NCBI GenBank assembly: GCA_024704765.1
Contig: JAKMXF010000353.1
Coordinates: 1-64,000, forward strand
Direction: 5' to 3'
Length of the DNA: 64,000 nucleotides
Source: Oopsacas minuta
Taxonomy: Eukaryota; Animalia; Porifera
The notes under the pieces were generated by a model. It had not been told where the DNA came from. It ran no database searches and worked only from the letters and a program-made list of their open reading frames with translations. Positions 34,801-49,132 of the stretch are shown one piece after another (the stretch's first letter is position 1; each line of letters begins with the position of its first letter). A program made the position numbers and the translations under genes.

Positions 34801-37800
34801 GCCCATTTACCGTCTTCAAAGAATCTTGCACAACTGAAAAAGTATAAATAGAAGTTAATCGTGTTTATTAGGCATTTGTCATTTGTTGTTATTTCTCGAA
34901 GTTTTATTCTACTCCGATATATCCGTGGAGAACTTAACTGATAATATTATTAACTAAAATACTGAACATGTTTCCATAATTAAGTCATACAAGTCAATAA
35001 TTGATAAAAATACAAAAATTCTGAATCATAAAACAAAGAATAACAACAACTAAGTGAAGGTAAATAACAAGATTGTAAAAGAGACACTATTTGAAATTTG
35101 CCCCCATATCTTAAGAAGAGAATTTACGTGGGAAACCCTCAAAGAAGTTACGCAAAATACCAATTTGCATGTCGAGAACATACAGTAGCAAATAATGCAA
35201 TCATCATATTAGCGGGATAAGTGCATTAGTAATGTTTAGTGTTTTTAAAGCAGTATGATTATGATACACTACATGTTTTGTACTCAAATCACAAACAATA
35301 AATATAAGAACAAACGATAATACAGAACATATGTAGAATCTATAGAAGCCATTAGTTCCAATTGACACCTGTCTAGATATATATTAATAATCTGGAACTT
35401 AAATTGTATAACATATATCGAACACTGAAAGTTGTTTGAAGTATAATCAAAATGTGTGAAAATATGATTAATTGCTAGAATATATTATATATTGACACCC
35501 AAAATGTACCCATGATCTTGCCATTTGGACACTTTTTTAGATGTGCGGACACTTTGCGGACAATAATGAACCTCGTTAATACCCCAACGGAAGCTCACAT
35601 TTGTCAGCTTTATCCTGAGTTCGTATTAACCGGAGTAATAATACCAATTCACATTCCACCAAAAAGGTGTGAAAATATGAATAACACATGTACTCACTGG
35701 TCCCATTGGGGTCTGGGGGTTGCGTTACCCTTTAACCTCTCCAAATCCTTCGAAATATTTGACTTTGCTAGAACTGCCTCTTTATATGATTCATCTAACA
35801 AGTCACGCTCCATATTCAAGGTTGTAAAGTCCTGTTTCAGCTCTTCAAATGAATCTTTTGTGATTTCAAATTGTGAGTGTAAGTCCTCGAATTCCTTACG
35901 TGGGATAACGTCACCATAATCTGCTATTATCTAAACATAACATTCTAATTGGCAATATGGTTGTCAAGGAAATGGTAAAATGTGTCCAAACCGCGTGGAC
36001 ACCCCTCCCATAGAAAATAATACAAATTTAAGATCCTGTGGACCCCCTGCTGTCGTCCGTGTACCATCAACCCCAGGCCAGGTTTGGAACTGTTGATTAT
36101 TATTAATCCATCCTCCTTACATTCCAATATACATTACCGTTGTCAAGAAGTATACCTGGGTCAGTTTGCGTTGACTCAGCTTCAGGTCTTCCCTGCACTG
36201 TTTGAGTGCAATTCTTAAAACAATAGGATCTTCCTTCTGAGCTATATTATCATCTGGTTGCTATAAATAATATCATTAATACACCCATGGGACCGTAGGG
36301 GGCATGAGCCTATGACCCTACTAAGCCCTGTAGAGTGGATAGATGCATATTAGTAACCACTTCTGGTTGTTAGGGAATTATAGAGGATAATTTCCGGATT
36401 ACGTATGTGAGTTTTCGATTATATTTAAGAATAATTGCAGTCGTTAACCGTTGTCCGCTATTTCGAAAGGTTCTAGCCAACACAACCACAACCATGTACA
36501 AGGAAATAGTAGGTGTTGCTAGACATGGAATGTGCCCGTTTATAGTGGTGGATTAACGACCCAGGTACATATCTTTCGGAGAATCTGTAGTTAAAATCGA
36601 TTAAGTATAGTGTTTTGAATAGGAAAGTAAATATCTGGAATTTGTGTCATTCAATTTCTACTCATCATATTCACACTATTGAGTAATCAAAAATTAGCTG
36701 TGGTCATAATCAGGAAATGGACATCGTACGAATGATACATAATTGTTTAGTTGTGTGGACAAACTAGAGTTTACTAAGTTAGATCTCTGGCTCACAGCAC
36801 AATTCATGTTGAATATTATAAATCAAATTTTACTACAAAAACTACCTACTCGAAGAAAAGGATTAGTAAACGTTGCTCAGCAAAACTGGAAATTACCTAA
36901 AGGTTATTCCATGACAGAGTTAAAGGGTCAAAAATCGTATAAATACCAGCGAACTTCTTCTAAGATATTCAGAATCAAAATAAGGTCAGATGGCAAGTAG
37001 GTCAACACTCCTGGGTCCAATATTGAAAGACAAATGTTTGAGAAATCACAGCGCCAGATACCATTTGACCCATCCGATCGAATACTGCGTTTCAGAAAAC
37101 AAAGTGTGTTCAGTGAACTTCAAAAAGGTGTTATACCCAATAAAAAAGGCGCTGAATATTAACGCGAACGAGCGTACATACATACTAGACATTCGAAAGA
37201 GGAATAACAACAAAAAAGCAGCAAGTGAATTCAGAGGACGTGAAAAATCATCTCAAGAAAATTCTATGAAGGATATCGAAAAGTTAGAATCGGAGAGAAT
37301 GAAGCTTCAAAAGGAGAAGGAAGAACTGATAGTTGAGATCAATTGCTACCGGTTAGGGTGTGAGCGTACGGATGATTAATGAGTTCTTCGTAAGCATCCT
37401 TTACAGACTTCCCAGCAGCATTCGCAGCAGCTTATTATGTATTTCTCTTGCTTTCATGTTTCAATAAATATATATATTGTTATTATTTACTTTAGTAAAC
37501 CTTCACAGACAGTGCATTAGTTCATAATAATTAGAATCGAAGCAAATAATGATTAGGTTGTTGCGCTGCGATGCTTATATCGAGATGTGAAATTGTACAA
37601 ATAAATGAACCTATATCTCATCGGTCATATCGCGTAATTATCACGGTCCCTTGAGCTTAGATATGACAGGAGTTAAATGTAAAATAATGTAAAATAAATA
37701 TCTGTGCCGATAGCAATTTGATTACTCAAAGTGACACTATTAATTGGAGGCACTAAATGCTATAAATGTGTTAAGCAAATAAAGAGTTGACACTTGCAAT

Positions 37801-38690
37801 AAATGCAATGAATTACGTGCAATACATCGCCGATTATGCCAACACTTCCCTCTTGCGCTTTCAATTTTAGTGTTCGGATAAGTGAAAATTGTGTATTTTT
37901 CTAAATGAAATTCAAAGCTCAGGGCTGGTGTGAAAATATGAATATATAACCTGTTGAGTTTTCTTAAGTTGACTTAGATCAGAAATTGCAATCTTTTTGG
38001 CATCAGCTTCGTTCCTGTATAGAATATATTGGGCTGATAATTCACTTTGTAAACACAGAACCTTTGCTTCTAGCGTCGCAATAGCTTCTCTAAAAAAATA
38101 ATATACATCATACTCTGATTAACAGACCCAATGTGATCCTGTTAAGTGAAGTCTACTTAAAAATACAATAATTGTTTACACTCCTGGTTGAGATCCAGAG
38201 AGGTCAATGAATATGTGTAATACTATTACAACAGCTCCTTGTGTAATACTGAAGCAGAGCACATTCCTCAATTCATTGTGTAGAATTATTCACTAGTATA
38301 GCAATTAATATCTAAGCTATATAATACGCATTAAACATGTGATCCGATACGTGATCTATTCGACCTCGAAATATCAGGGTTTGACACTGTTAGACTTGTA
38401 TATGTCACGTTAGTATCAAGTCTAAAGGTGTGAACATGATAGGAACACATGTACATATAGTTTAATTATAGAACATACTCCATATGATGAATTGTCGATT
38501 TTAGACTTGCTGTCTCAGTCTCAAGATTCTGTACATCTAAACAAGTAAATATCAAATATACTGTTTACACCTTTGAAGTTATAGAAATATATTTGTTTAC
38601 CATGTTTTTCTTCATTTTGAATAACCAAGAATTTCTTTTCATTCTCTTCGGATATTAGCTGGAGTTTAAGCTAAAAATAAACAAATTAAT

Positions 38691-38725
<35 letters not shown>

Positions 38726-39276
38726 ATATTTACCTTCAGAGGGTCCAATTGGTCCACTTGCTCCTCAAGGTTTGAAATATAACTATCATACTCTTGTTTT
38801 ATAGCGGACAGAATTGGTTTAAACGAATGAAACTCTCCAATCAAATGCTCAAACACTTCCTTATGTGCCTAAAAGTATGATTCATCAGCAAAATATTAGT
38901 AAACACACTAACAGCTGTTTGGGGTACTTGGCTAGAAACAAGTCCCGATGTGACCCAATTAAGTGGAGTCTACTGTACAATTTTCAGACCCCAAGTACAC
39001 CCAAAAATGTACTCATGTACCAATTCAGGGGGATCGGTCAAGGAGATTTCGCCTTCCCCATAAAAGTGTTACAAACTGTAACTAAATTATAAATATTCTA
39101 AAAATAACCTGTAATCGAGCTGAATTAGGTTTGGAAATGTTTTTCCCTAAAATCTTCAATTCTCTCTCCAAATATTCTTCCAGCATTCCTACCAACCGAG
39201 GCTTAGATTGGAATGTAGAAGCGGTCGGGTTGCATACCGATGCACCAGCAGCGTTGCGGGGCAAAGTTCTGTTCAT
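31876..39276 (-). CDS. TSNAXIP1: Translin-associated factor X-interacting protein 1-like, multi-exon
   Basis: Exons match the recalled TSNAXIP1 layout: [20 protein letters not shown]...[54 protein letters not shown]...[21 protein letters not shown], and last exon [16 protein letters not shown]...IMRS* with stop at 31876. Confidence 0.85.
32568..32831 (-). CDS. Dynein light chain LC8 paralogue 4, intronless, nested on the same strand in the last TSNAXIP1 intron
   Basis: ATG at 32831 ([18 protein letters not shown]...[35 protein letters not shown]). Host intron 32072..33385 has matching phase-2 boundaries. Confidence 0.92.
   Translation of the reverse strand: MAERKVVIKNADMTEDMQLNVVQIATVALDKFSVEKDIAEYIKTQFDDKYQTHWNCVVGRNFGSYVTHKTKHFIYFYVGQVAILLFQ
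32881..32932. repeat. 10-bp tandem repeat (GGCATATAGT)x5
   Basis: Directly visible, about 50 bp upstream of the LC8 paralogue 4 ATG. Confidence 0.95.
36990..37379 (+). CDS. bZIP (CNC/Maf-like basic region) protein, intronless, nested antisense in TSNAXIP1
   Basis: [25 protein letters not shown] followed by a leucine heptad ([22 protein letters not shown]). It resembles the CNC-type [21 protein letters not shown] basic region. Confidence 0.6.
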   Translation: MASRSTLLGPILKDKCLRNHSARYHLTHPIEYCVSENKVCSVNFKKVLYPIKKALNINANERTYILDIRKRNNNKKAASEFRGREKSSQENSMKDIEKLESERMKLQKEKEELIVEINCYRLGCERTDD

Positions 39277-39737
39277 AGTATTTCTAGAAACAAATCTGAT
39301 TCGTTAATTATTTCGGAATTAAAATTAACTTTTGTGACGTCATACTAATAATTCAATTAACATATCAGAGGGGTAGAAATTAATTGGCACTGGGTACCCC
39401 GAAGGTAGATCGGTATTTTTACTATAAATAGAAAACCGTATTCACTTTCAGTTCCAATTGAAAGTGACATTACTTTCAATTTCATATTTGCCATTCATAG
39501 CCAAACGCGAGACTTCTCCAATGCCTACCCCAAATGTGTGACAAAAGGTGTTAAGACAATTTCAATAATAAACATACTCCAAAACAAATTTAATACATTA
39601 TAAAACAAGGAAATATATTTACACAAACAAACCAAGAGCATGAGATAAAATGTACATATCTAGATAAGACAACAACAACAACAACAACAACAATAACAAG
39701 AGGATTATATTAACTCCAATATATGCAGATTATCAAA

Positions 39738-42700
39738 TTAACTTTCAATAAGAGTGTCAGTGTAATCTGACCTTATGTGTCGACGAAGGTTTTTGTCCAC
39801 TGTGTTGAACGAGGGTCTGCTTTCTGGACTCTAAATTGGAATTAAATTAAAGTTGGACAATGGGTATTTGGGATTGTAAATTCATTGGTCCAGGCCAGTG
39901 GTTCACAACCTGGGATCCAAAGGGTCTATTGCAGTGTATGGGAGGGGTCCCATAATGTGTAAAAATTGGTACAGGGGTCGATGGGTGAAAACAGGTTGGG
40001 AACACTGGTTTAGGCCAAAGGACAAACTTGAAATTTGGCAATTGTGTGGAATGTGATAAACCTAGGAACACTTCCAAATTTCAAAGCAATATCTATAAAA
40101 CTCTCTGAGATAGGTAACAAAATGTGTCCACCTATCAGATTTGAGGATATAGCTATACTGATAGTCTATTGGTTAATTGAATATAATAGTTACGTAGTGT
40201 TATATACACATTCTAACACCTATATGAGACTGAAAATTGATTGGGTTAGAGAGTATACTGTTAGGCCTACCTGTAGCCAGCAACTCAGCATAATTTCATA
40301 TATGTGATTAGGACAAGTAGGTGGTTGTTCTAGTCTGTAACCTTTCAATATCTAAAAATAGAATGAATTTAAGGAATTATCCATGGTTCAGTAGTATTGT
40401 AGATGTTTACCTGTTCGAGCATTAGTTGATGAGTGGGGAAAGATTTATAAGGGGTGATACCCCCTGTGAAGAGTTCCCATAGGAGTATACCTATAAAACA
40501 ACAATAAACAACATCAAAGCATATCTAGCTGACAAACTGATGGAGCAGCTCGGTGTCCATATATGATAAATATCAGTGTATGATATTCAGAAATGTCAGA
40601 ATAGAATTCCGCGTACATGACTACCCCGGGATAATTGTTGAAACCAAATCTCTAGTATCATTTTGAAATATTGCCCAAAGATGTGAAAATATGATTAATC
40701 ATATGATATATACATCTGACACACCTACACAACCAATACAATGGGCGTATTATTTAATGGCAAAGCCTCTAACCTAACTGGATTAACTTTAATCACTAAA
40801 AAGGTGTGTAAATATCCACATTAGAATATTTCTATACTTTAGGTGCACATAACACCCCAAAATGTATCCATATACCAATTTTCACGTCAACAGGACGGCT
40901 AGAATTCTCAGGACAATCTGGGATGACACTTTGTGAAATAGGTCTTTAGGTGTCCACAAACACCTGTATAAACACCTGAATATATATTCCCCAATAGTAG
41001 CCGTACTAATAACAACATACCATATGACCATATGTCAGATTTGCTTGAGAATCTAGCATAGTTAATAACCTCTGGAGCAGCCCATTTAATTGGGAATTTA
41101 CTGCCTTCTGATGCTGTATACGTGTCATCCACTACATACCTAAGGAATGGTGAATATGAATATAAATTAACAAGCAAACAAACAAACAGACAACTAAATA
41201 AATAGATAGGCAAATAAACTAACTAACAACTGACTAACTAGCACAAACACACACACAAATAAACAGACAGACAAAGAGACAGACATATAGACAAACAAAA
41301 ACAAACAAATAAGTAAACATACAGACAAACAAATAAGTAAACAAACAAACAAATTAACTAACAACCAACTAGCTCAAACACACACACACAAATAAACAGA
41401 TACAAAACAGACAAACAGATCACCTAGTAAGTCCAAAGTCAGCCACTTTAACAAGATACCTATCCCCCACCAGACAATTCCTAGCAGCCAAATCTCTATG
41501 TATAAAACAGAAATTTTCAAGATATCCCATAGCAGCTGCAACTTGTGTCGCCATGTCTAGCATGATCTGTATGTTACTAGTTATAAGCTTGTTCTCCCGT
41601 AGATATGACAACAGAGATCCTACAGGATAATACAGTAACAGTGGATACCGGTTATAAGAACATACCGGATATAAGCACCATCCTCTGGAAACCGGTTCTC
41701 ATATATCCCTGTATATTTATACCGGTTATAAGAGCATGTATGCTACCACCAAGGGTGTTCTCATTCAATAGATACACAACACAATACAAATAGGATATAT
41801 CATATTGCAGAATCCATTCATTTCTACCCGAATATTATTAAGCATTCAGGACACTATATGCCACTATTAAAATTGTGGTCTGTTCATGAATAGGCTGATT
41901 TTACCAATTAATATTATGCATTAAGCAAATATAAATAATTAAAATAACAAAAGAACCATATTTTGAGCCAACAAACGGCCATAATCTGTACCCTATGGAA
42001 CCGTATTTCGTATCTACAAGGATCATATTTTAGGCGGGCTTAATAAAATAGGAGCGAAATTTTGAGTAATAGCATTACAAGCAAAATACATTCTACCAAA
42101 ATTAGCACAAAATATTCGTGCAAAAAACTGCTATATAATTTTTGTCCATTTTCTATTGATATTAATAAGTGTGACACAAGGCGAAAGTGTCGTTATGTAC
42201 ATGTGTCCAAAAATGGCACTATTCACATATGACACTAATATTTCTATAGTTCCAGTTTCAGTTTAGATGTCAGAATCACTCTATAAGAGTAATTATGATG
42301 AAGGTTACGCAGATGAGGCTACAGATCAAATTGATACTCCTATGACACCTAGAGAAGAGACGGAAGCTTATCTGAGTGAATATGAGAATAGATTTGTGGC
42401 AAGGTAACTGTGAAAATTGTGTCACTTTTCCACCTTATGAGGACAATTATTTGGCAACATGTGGAGATTTTTATCGATGATATGAGGTTTGAAACTGTAT
42501 TGTCATATTTGGCGCATAAATAATAATATATTCACACTACTTCCCATTTCTATCATAAATATTGTCCGCACAGATTCGATCCGCTCCCAGTTTTATACAT
42601 ATTCAGCAGCCCCAGAATGTCCTGAATTAGTTCTTACACCTCTGAGCATGTAATCACTCCCATATGGGTACATTAACAGCCCCATAGGGCAGTTGTTCCT

Positions 42701-45700
42701 TACCATTTTCACGCCCTGTATCAATCTTAACACAATCTGTCGATTCTCTCATATACTGCAATACAAATTTTGTGATCGGGGTACACAGGATGCTGTCGTC
42801 CGCAGGGTTTCATTCAGGCGTATGCGACGCGCTTACAGGCGCATGAATTTCAGTGAATATAGATCTAGGCGCGTCAAATTCGAGCAAGTCCCCATACTGT
42901 AATACTATATGTATACTCTAGGCGCGCGTAAAATGAGGGGAAAATTTAGAGGTATGGTTCAGAAATGCTGGATGAAAGCCTGATTGTCCGTGCCTGCACC
43001 ACAGATTGGACCCACTGCTTTCAGGGGTGCATTTATGCCCCTTATGATAACATTACCCCTGTCCTAACATAGATTTACAGAAGAAGAAATCATAACTGTT
43101 ATACAAGGCACAAGAGCTGAATACAGATTACTGCTTAAAGAGAATAAGAAGCGCTATACACTAGAATTAAGGAAAATGCAGCAAGATCTGGAGCAAGTAT
43201 TGATTGAGGAGAATCTGATATCTCAGGGTGATGTCGTTAATAAACAGGAAATGTTAGCTAGGGTATGTTTGTTGTTGTTGTTGTTATGCACCTATCAATG
43301 GTTGCCACAGGTCCTCCAGTCCGTGCGATAGGTGATGCATGCAAGAATTTTCCCAAGGTGTCAAGGTGTGGGAGCATTTGGCATAAGCAAAATTGCTACA
43401 AGCATGAAATTCACACCTTTTACCCACACGTAGGTCTGGATTAGGAGAGGTTAGGACAACCATCGATTAGTGCATTACTGTGCCGACTATTGAGTCAGTA
43501 TTGAAACCACTCTGCATGTATTTTTAAAGGCATTTATGAAGGCACTAAGTGTATTGGTGTAAGCGAAAAACTCAGGATATATGGATATTTACCGTTGGGT
43601 GTGCACAGATGGCCATTATTTTTTATCTGACACACTGTGCCACTTTTAAATATGTTGTTGTTTACAAATCCTCTAATTTGATTGTTTTATCTTTAACCAA
43701 AAAGGTGTGAAAATAAATTTGACACCAGAGGTGTAGATATACACCCCAAAATGTACACATGTACCAACTTTCATGTCAATCAGATCACTAGCATTCTTAG
43801 GGACGTAGGGTCTTCCTATATAGGAGGGGCACTAAGAGTCCGTTAGACTGAGATCGAGGGAGTTTCCAGGACAATATGGATCTTATCCTATAGGTGAGAG
43901 ACAGTCCAGAAACAGAGGAAGTTGAGAACAAGTCAAAACTAGTCCTAGAGTCAAAATATGAATCTCTACACAATAAAATGTCTGAATTGAATACAACCCT
44001 AGAAATCCTCAGAAGTTTTAAGGATATGACAGACGAGGGATATATGGAAATAAGTATGTTGTTCTGTTGTTTATAAGTAGGTGTTGGTAAACAAATACTC
44101 AAAAACAAGACTGGAGATGTATAAATACAATTTTCTCGAATATCTTGGCAATAAAAGTTGTTTACATACGTATACATTATACTTGTAAACAAAGACTTGC
44201 AATATTTTTTGGATATTTCTAGTGGAATAGGGGAAAACGTGAAATACATCCGAAAATATAGAAATTAACAGTTGGTCCTATCTAAAAAGTAAACAAGCCT
44301 ATACAAACACCTTTAGATCAACAACTGGAGGATTTTGATCATAAAGTAGCGCGGCTCTCTCAAAAGAAGAATTCTATGATAGAAGACTTCATAGAGACAG
44401 ATATTGCATCCAAAAAGAATATAAGGAAATGCAGAGAAACGAAAGAAATACTGTCTGGAGCTGTAGATAGAGTTGAAAGGATTCTGACACAGATTGAGAG
44501 GAAAGAGAGGAAAGGTGTTGATGGTATGTTATATATTTTCATACATTTTCGTTGTTAGGTTGTGAATCGACATGAGTAGTGGCCAATCGGGGTGATATTT
44601 GGGCTACGAAGCATGAAGGCGAAGGGGAGGGTCAATGGACCTCTTGGTGGCCCACGGACAACAGCAGGATGTCCACAGAATGTGTTAAAGTTGGTATAGG
44701 GGGTACAATATCGATTTCTAACCATTCAGAAGTCATTCTCGCATGTAACGTATTGTACTTGGAAGGTGTTAATATATGAATATTTAGAGCAAATAAAGTA
44801 CACAGAATATCTGATACAAGTAGAAAAAGAAATGGATCAAAAAAATAACCAATATGAAGAAATTGCTAAAACTTGTAAACAAGAACAACTTGTCTTGAAC
44901 GCACAAGTGAAACGCAAGAAAATGGAACTACAAGAGTTGGACAACAAAATAGCCAAAGCCCAACACGAGAACAATGAGCTAAAGGACATAAGCGATGAAT
45001 TAATGGCAGAGATGAATACCACATATTAGCACCTAAGAGTTTCTAAATATCCATATATGATTATTTGTATATATATTCGTTATTAATGATAGTAGCTAGG
45101 AGATGTTTTATTTAGGATAGCGATTCTCAAACTATTCCATCGGTGGAGGTGTGGACCCACTCCCATAGACTGTAATACAAATATTTACATCCTGTGGATC
45201 ACAGGTTGGGAACCGCTGATTTATAGGGGACAACAGGGCCACGCCGCAGAGGTTTATCCAGAACTCTCCGGATGGTACTATTTAGGACGGTAGCATCACA
45301 GTCGACACTTTGTGTTCTTCCACAACCCATCAGGCCCTCTCGCTCAAAATTGTAGAATAAATATATTACTCACATAACTAACCATGGATCATATATTCTG
45401 TGATTAATCTAATAGGCTTCTCTGTAATGATACCATATAATCTCAGCAGGTTAGGATGTGAGAAATTCCTATAAAACAACAAATAGAACAACAATAAACA
45501 AAGTTATAAAATAACATTTGATCATTTGACAGAGACCTAGCGGTTTCCCAACCTTTTCGCCCTATACCAATTGTAACACATCCTGTGGGCCGGTTGAAAC
45601 AGCCGGCATAGGGGATTAATATTTGAGTGTCTTATGTCAATGACTTACTTCATTACTTCAGCTTCTTCCAATAAATCATCCTCACAAATAGAAGTACTCT

Positions 45701-48700
45701 CCTTTATCTTCTTCATAGCTACGTCTATGCTCCCTCGCCATTTAGCGAAGTAAACAATCTAGTAAACAAGCATGTAAACAATCACCAAAACAACAGGGTA
45801 GATAACTCGAGTATACATGATTGACGTAAACCCTCAAATGTGATTGGCTACTTACCCCGAATTGTCCTTCATCCAGTTCCTTAATAATCTCTATATCTGT
45901 AGGATTAATCTCCCAGGTCTCATCTGTAAATAAAAGGCATATATTATACTATATATTCATATTTTCACACCTTTGCGAGATTTATTTAATAGTGAAAGCA
46001 CTAAGACCACTGCATAAAGGTGATGCCCCTCGAAAAGGTGTTAAAATATTAATATAAATTGTGTTAACATCAAGAATCTATAAACACTTTAATACGGATA
46101 TATCATATGGCAAAGTTCACGCCACAACAGTCCCTCTACACTCCTTACCAAATATCTTTCTATCTCTGGGAGAGATACCCTGGGGTGCTCTCTTGGGTCT
46201 ACAACACAGACCTCCTCCATTATACTTGTGATAATTAACAAGATCTGTAATACTGGGAAATGGATATTTATCAGAAATATAGTAAAGATCACTATCATTC
46301 TGTTTAATGTGGTAATGTCTGCACTGGTTTTGATGCCTAAAAATAGTGTAAATATATTGACAGTAGAGTCTACCAAAACGGGCACTCCGAGAAGCGGACA
46401 ATCCCTCTACAACGAACAGAAGTGATGTCCCCAACGTATCCGTTATTCGGAGACTCTACTGTACATTAAACTCTGGTTATAACGAAGTGGACTGGTTACA
46501 ATTACTCTCAAGCTATAGAGGGTAAAGAACCACTTCAGTATAACAGGAGTTTACTGTATCTTGTAGAGTAACTAATGCCGTGGGCAGGGGGGAAAGGACG
46601 CTCCTTTCGGTTTGGCGAACTTTCAAGTTGTTAGAAAGATAGCCAAACCGATATTTCATCGGGTAAATCGAAGTAATTATCGCGGTCCCTTCAATGAACG
46701 GGGACTGACGCTATTTATTAACTCACCAGATAGATAAGCTATACATGTTAGCTCGGCTAGATGTCCGTATAATAAATGTTCCATCATGTCCCTATATACA
46801 TAACAACAAATATGACAATATAAATTCATAACACACAAGCTTCTATCCAAGTAACCATGATTATACTTTGGAATGTGAACTCTAGGATGATATAAATCAA
46901 TCAGAAAGGTGTGACAATATGATTAATAGCCAAAAAGGTGTGACAATATCATTCTCCTGACCTTATCAACAGGGCTTATAGATCCCTCAGGATCGCGAGG
47001 ACAGTTGTCCAATATGGTCCAAATGACACCCCATATACTAAATATAACTCACGTCATCTTCCAACAGTTTTTCAGCCTGCTGTCTCCCGATTGAAGGAAC
47101 GAACCAGCTAACCAATGAGATTATAGGATAATAGAGTATGCATACAGGATTAGTATAAATAGAGGTGTTTACCTTTCATTTGATAATCCTATTTCCTGTA
47201 CGTAGTTACTTGGAATGTTACCTTGGTCCCTAGGTGTGAAAATGTACATATATTATACAGTGTAGCCTCCATAAACGGGGGTGTCAGGGACGCCGATAAA
47301 TGCTACCCCGTTTGTGGAGGCTCATTTGTATGGGACTTGGAATTCGCCAGTGTTTTCCACTCCGTTTCAAGAGACCCGGGTTGGGGGGTTACACTGTACC
47401 CATAATATAACACATAGAATTCAAAATTCAAATATTCACTGTATGGTCAAAAATGGTCATAGAAGATGAAATATGCCAAAAATAACATAAATATCTATGT
47501 GTCTAAAGTGTAGTCAAGTTCATACTTCCAACCCTTCCGGGATTCCACGTACGCTCAAGGGGGAAAATATTTCACCATATTTGCAAAAGTTTTTGTTAAG
47601 TATGTAAGTTACCAACCCTCTCATATTTTCAGCTTTCCACCAATGCTCTCTATTATTATCCAAAATCCATAGTTTCTCTCCTTTACTGATAGCAAGATCT
47701 CCATCCTCTGGAGCTGAAAAGTCGTATTGTACTACTACCTCAAATTTCTTCTCGTATTTAGGTTTTTCAGGTAAGAACGGGGCAGGTAAACTTCTTACCG
47801 AGTGGGCGGGGGAATTTTCAATGGGCTATAGGATATAATTAATGGTTAATTAAACAAGAACAGCTGTACAAAACAGCTGTGCATTATCAGCATACTAATA
47901 AACACTCAAATCTGATAGGTCAATACAGTTGTCACCTTTTGGAAATTTCCAAGATGTCGATCATTATTTGTTTGGAGAAATATTAAGTTGTAAACAAACA
48001 AGCAAACAAACAAACATTCTGCCCAATATAAGCAAAGTCTACTATGTACTCACAATGGTTGGAGGAATAGATGATGTAGCGTTAGGTGCAGGAGGTAGAG
48101 GTAGATCTCTTCTCTAAACAAAAACAACAACAAATATTTAGCTGTATATTGTAAATAAGTTCTTACCAATCCTGTTGATCTTAATGATCCTACTTCGAAG
48201 GCTTCTAAACAAATAAACAAATAAACAAACAAACAAATAAACAAACACACACACAAACAAACAAATAAATAAACTCTATATGAGTAGTAATTACCTATAC
48301 CAACTGCCCCATTAGAGAGAGGAGGATTTGAAGCAGAGCGCTTTTGCAAAACTTCGTGTTCCCCTGTCTGATAAGTTATGTAAGAAGGTGTTAAAGGGAT
48401 AGGAGGCAATTGAGACCTTGTGTTTCGTTGTTGTTGTTTATTGGTGTTAATAAAGGTTGGTGAACACCCAGTAGAAATTTTGGTCTTGTTACCACAACAC
48501 CCCCACCGACCCTCTTCAAATATTCCTTGATGGAAGGTACTCTCCAAATTTAGGTTATTTTTGACAACTAAAAGGTGTGAAAATGTGATTAATTGTTATT
48601 GGATTTGTTTGTTGTTGTTTGTGTTTACCAGATTGTATAGCTGAGACCCATTCTGATGACATTTCCTCATTGTCTGCGATAATGTATAAGTAATAGCTTT

Positions 48701-49132
48701 CGTGATTAATCTATAAATAAACAACAAAAAAACACGTAAACAAACAAATATACTAGTAAACAAGCAAGCAAGCAACAACAAACTAACATACAAACATAAA
48801 CAAACAAACAAACAAACATTATATTACTTGAAAAGCAAACTTTATTGACTCGTGTGTAACCTTTTCAATAATTCGAACATGTGCCAGATCCACAATACCT
48901 TTCAAAGAAGTTTTCTAGAAAACACAAGTGCATAACAACCAAATACAAGATAGGAATGTGTTTTACATACCTCACAACAATTAGGATTGTTTTCATAATA
49001 GTATAATTTTTTTGTTGTTAAGAAGAAATACCTCTTTCGTGTACCGGTGTTTAATCCTATTCTGGATTTCATTTGGGGTCTTTTGGTCATGAGTCCTTCT
49101 AGGAGGACTTCCTCTCCTCCGTTGGTCATCAT
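39738..49132 (-). CDS. TEC: Tec/Btk-family non-receptor tyrosine kinase (PH-BH-SH3-SH2-kinase), multi-exon
   Basis: PH ([17 protein letters not shown]...[16 protein letters not shown]), Btk motif ([14 protein letters not shown]), SH3 (VVQYDFSA...[10 protein letters not shown]...EHWWKA), SH2 ([15 protein letters not shown]; CRHYHIK...[11 protein letters not shown]) and kinase ([14 protein letters not shown]...KVADFGLTR; [28 protein letters not shown]). Last exon SPESRPSF...IES* ends at 39738. The symbol is family-level and the start is tentative. Confidence 0.92.
39896..40007. mobile_element. hAT (Charlie-like) MITE, family B
   Basis: Ends cagtggttcacaacctg...caggttgggaacactg, with 8-bp TSD-like flanks gtccaggc/gtttaggc. 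Other copies at about 29925-29985 and 45120-45218. Confidence 0.75.
41634..41735. mobile_element. Dispersed short repeat, family D (taccggttataag...gcaccatcctctggaaaccggttctc)
   Basis: Near-identical segments at about 2745-2795 (reverse), 8488-8545 and 16570-16790. Confidence 0.7.
42267..45029 (+). CDS. TACC-domain coiled-coil protein, multi-exon, nested antisense in a Tec kinase intron
   Basis: Exons at about 42267-42403, 43075-43262, 43900-44050, 44318-44523 and 44790-45029. The C-terminus [42 protein letters not shown] matches the TACC C-terminal signature. Host intron is 41620..45382. Confidence 0.72.

Noticed and set aside
35055-35190. Short coding-looking stretch ([22 protein letters not shown]...) in a TSNAXIP1 intron
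   Set aside because: It is under 50 codons, has no ATG and no recognisable domain.
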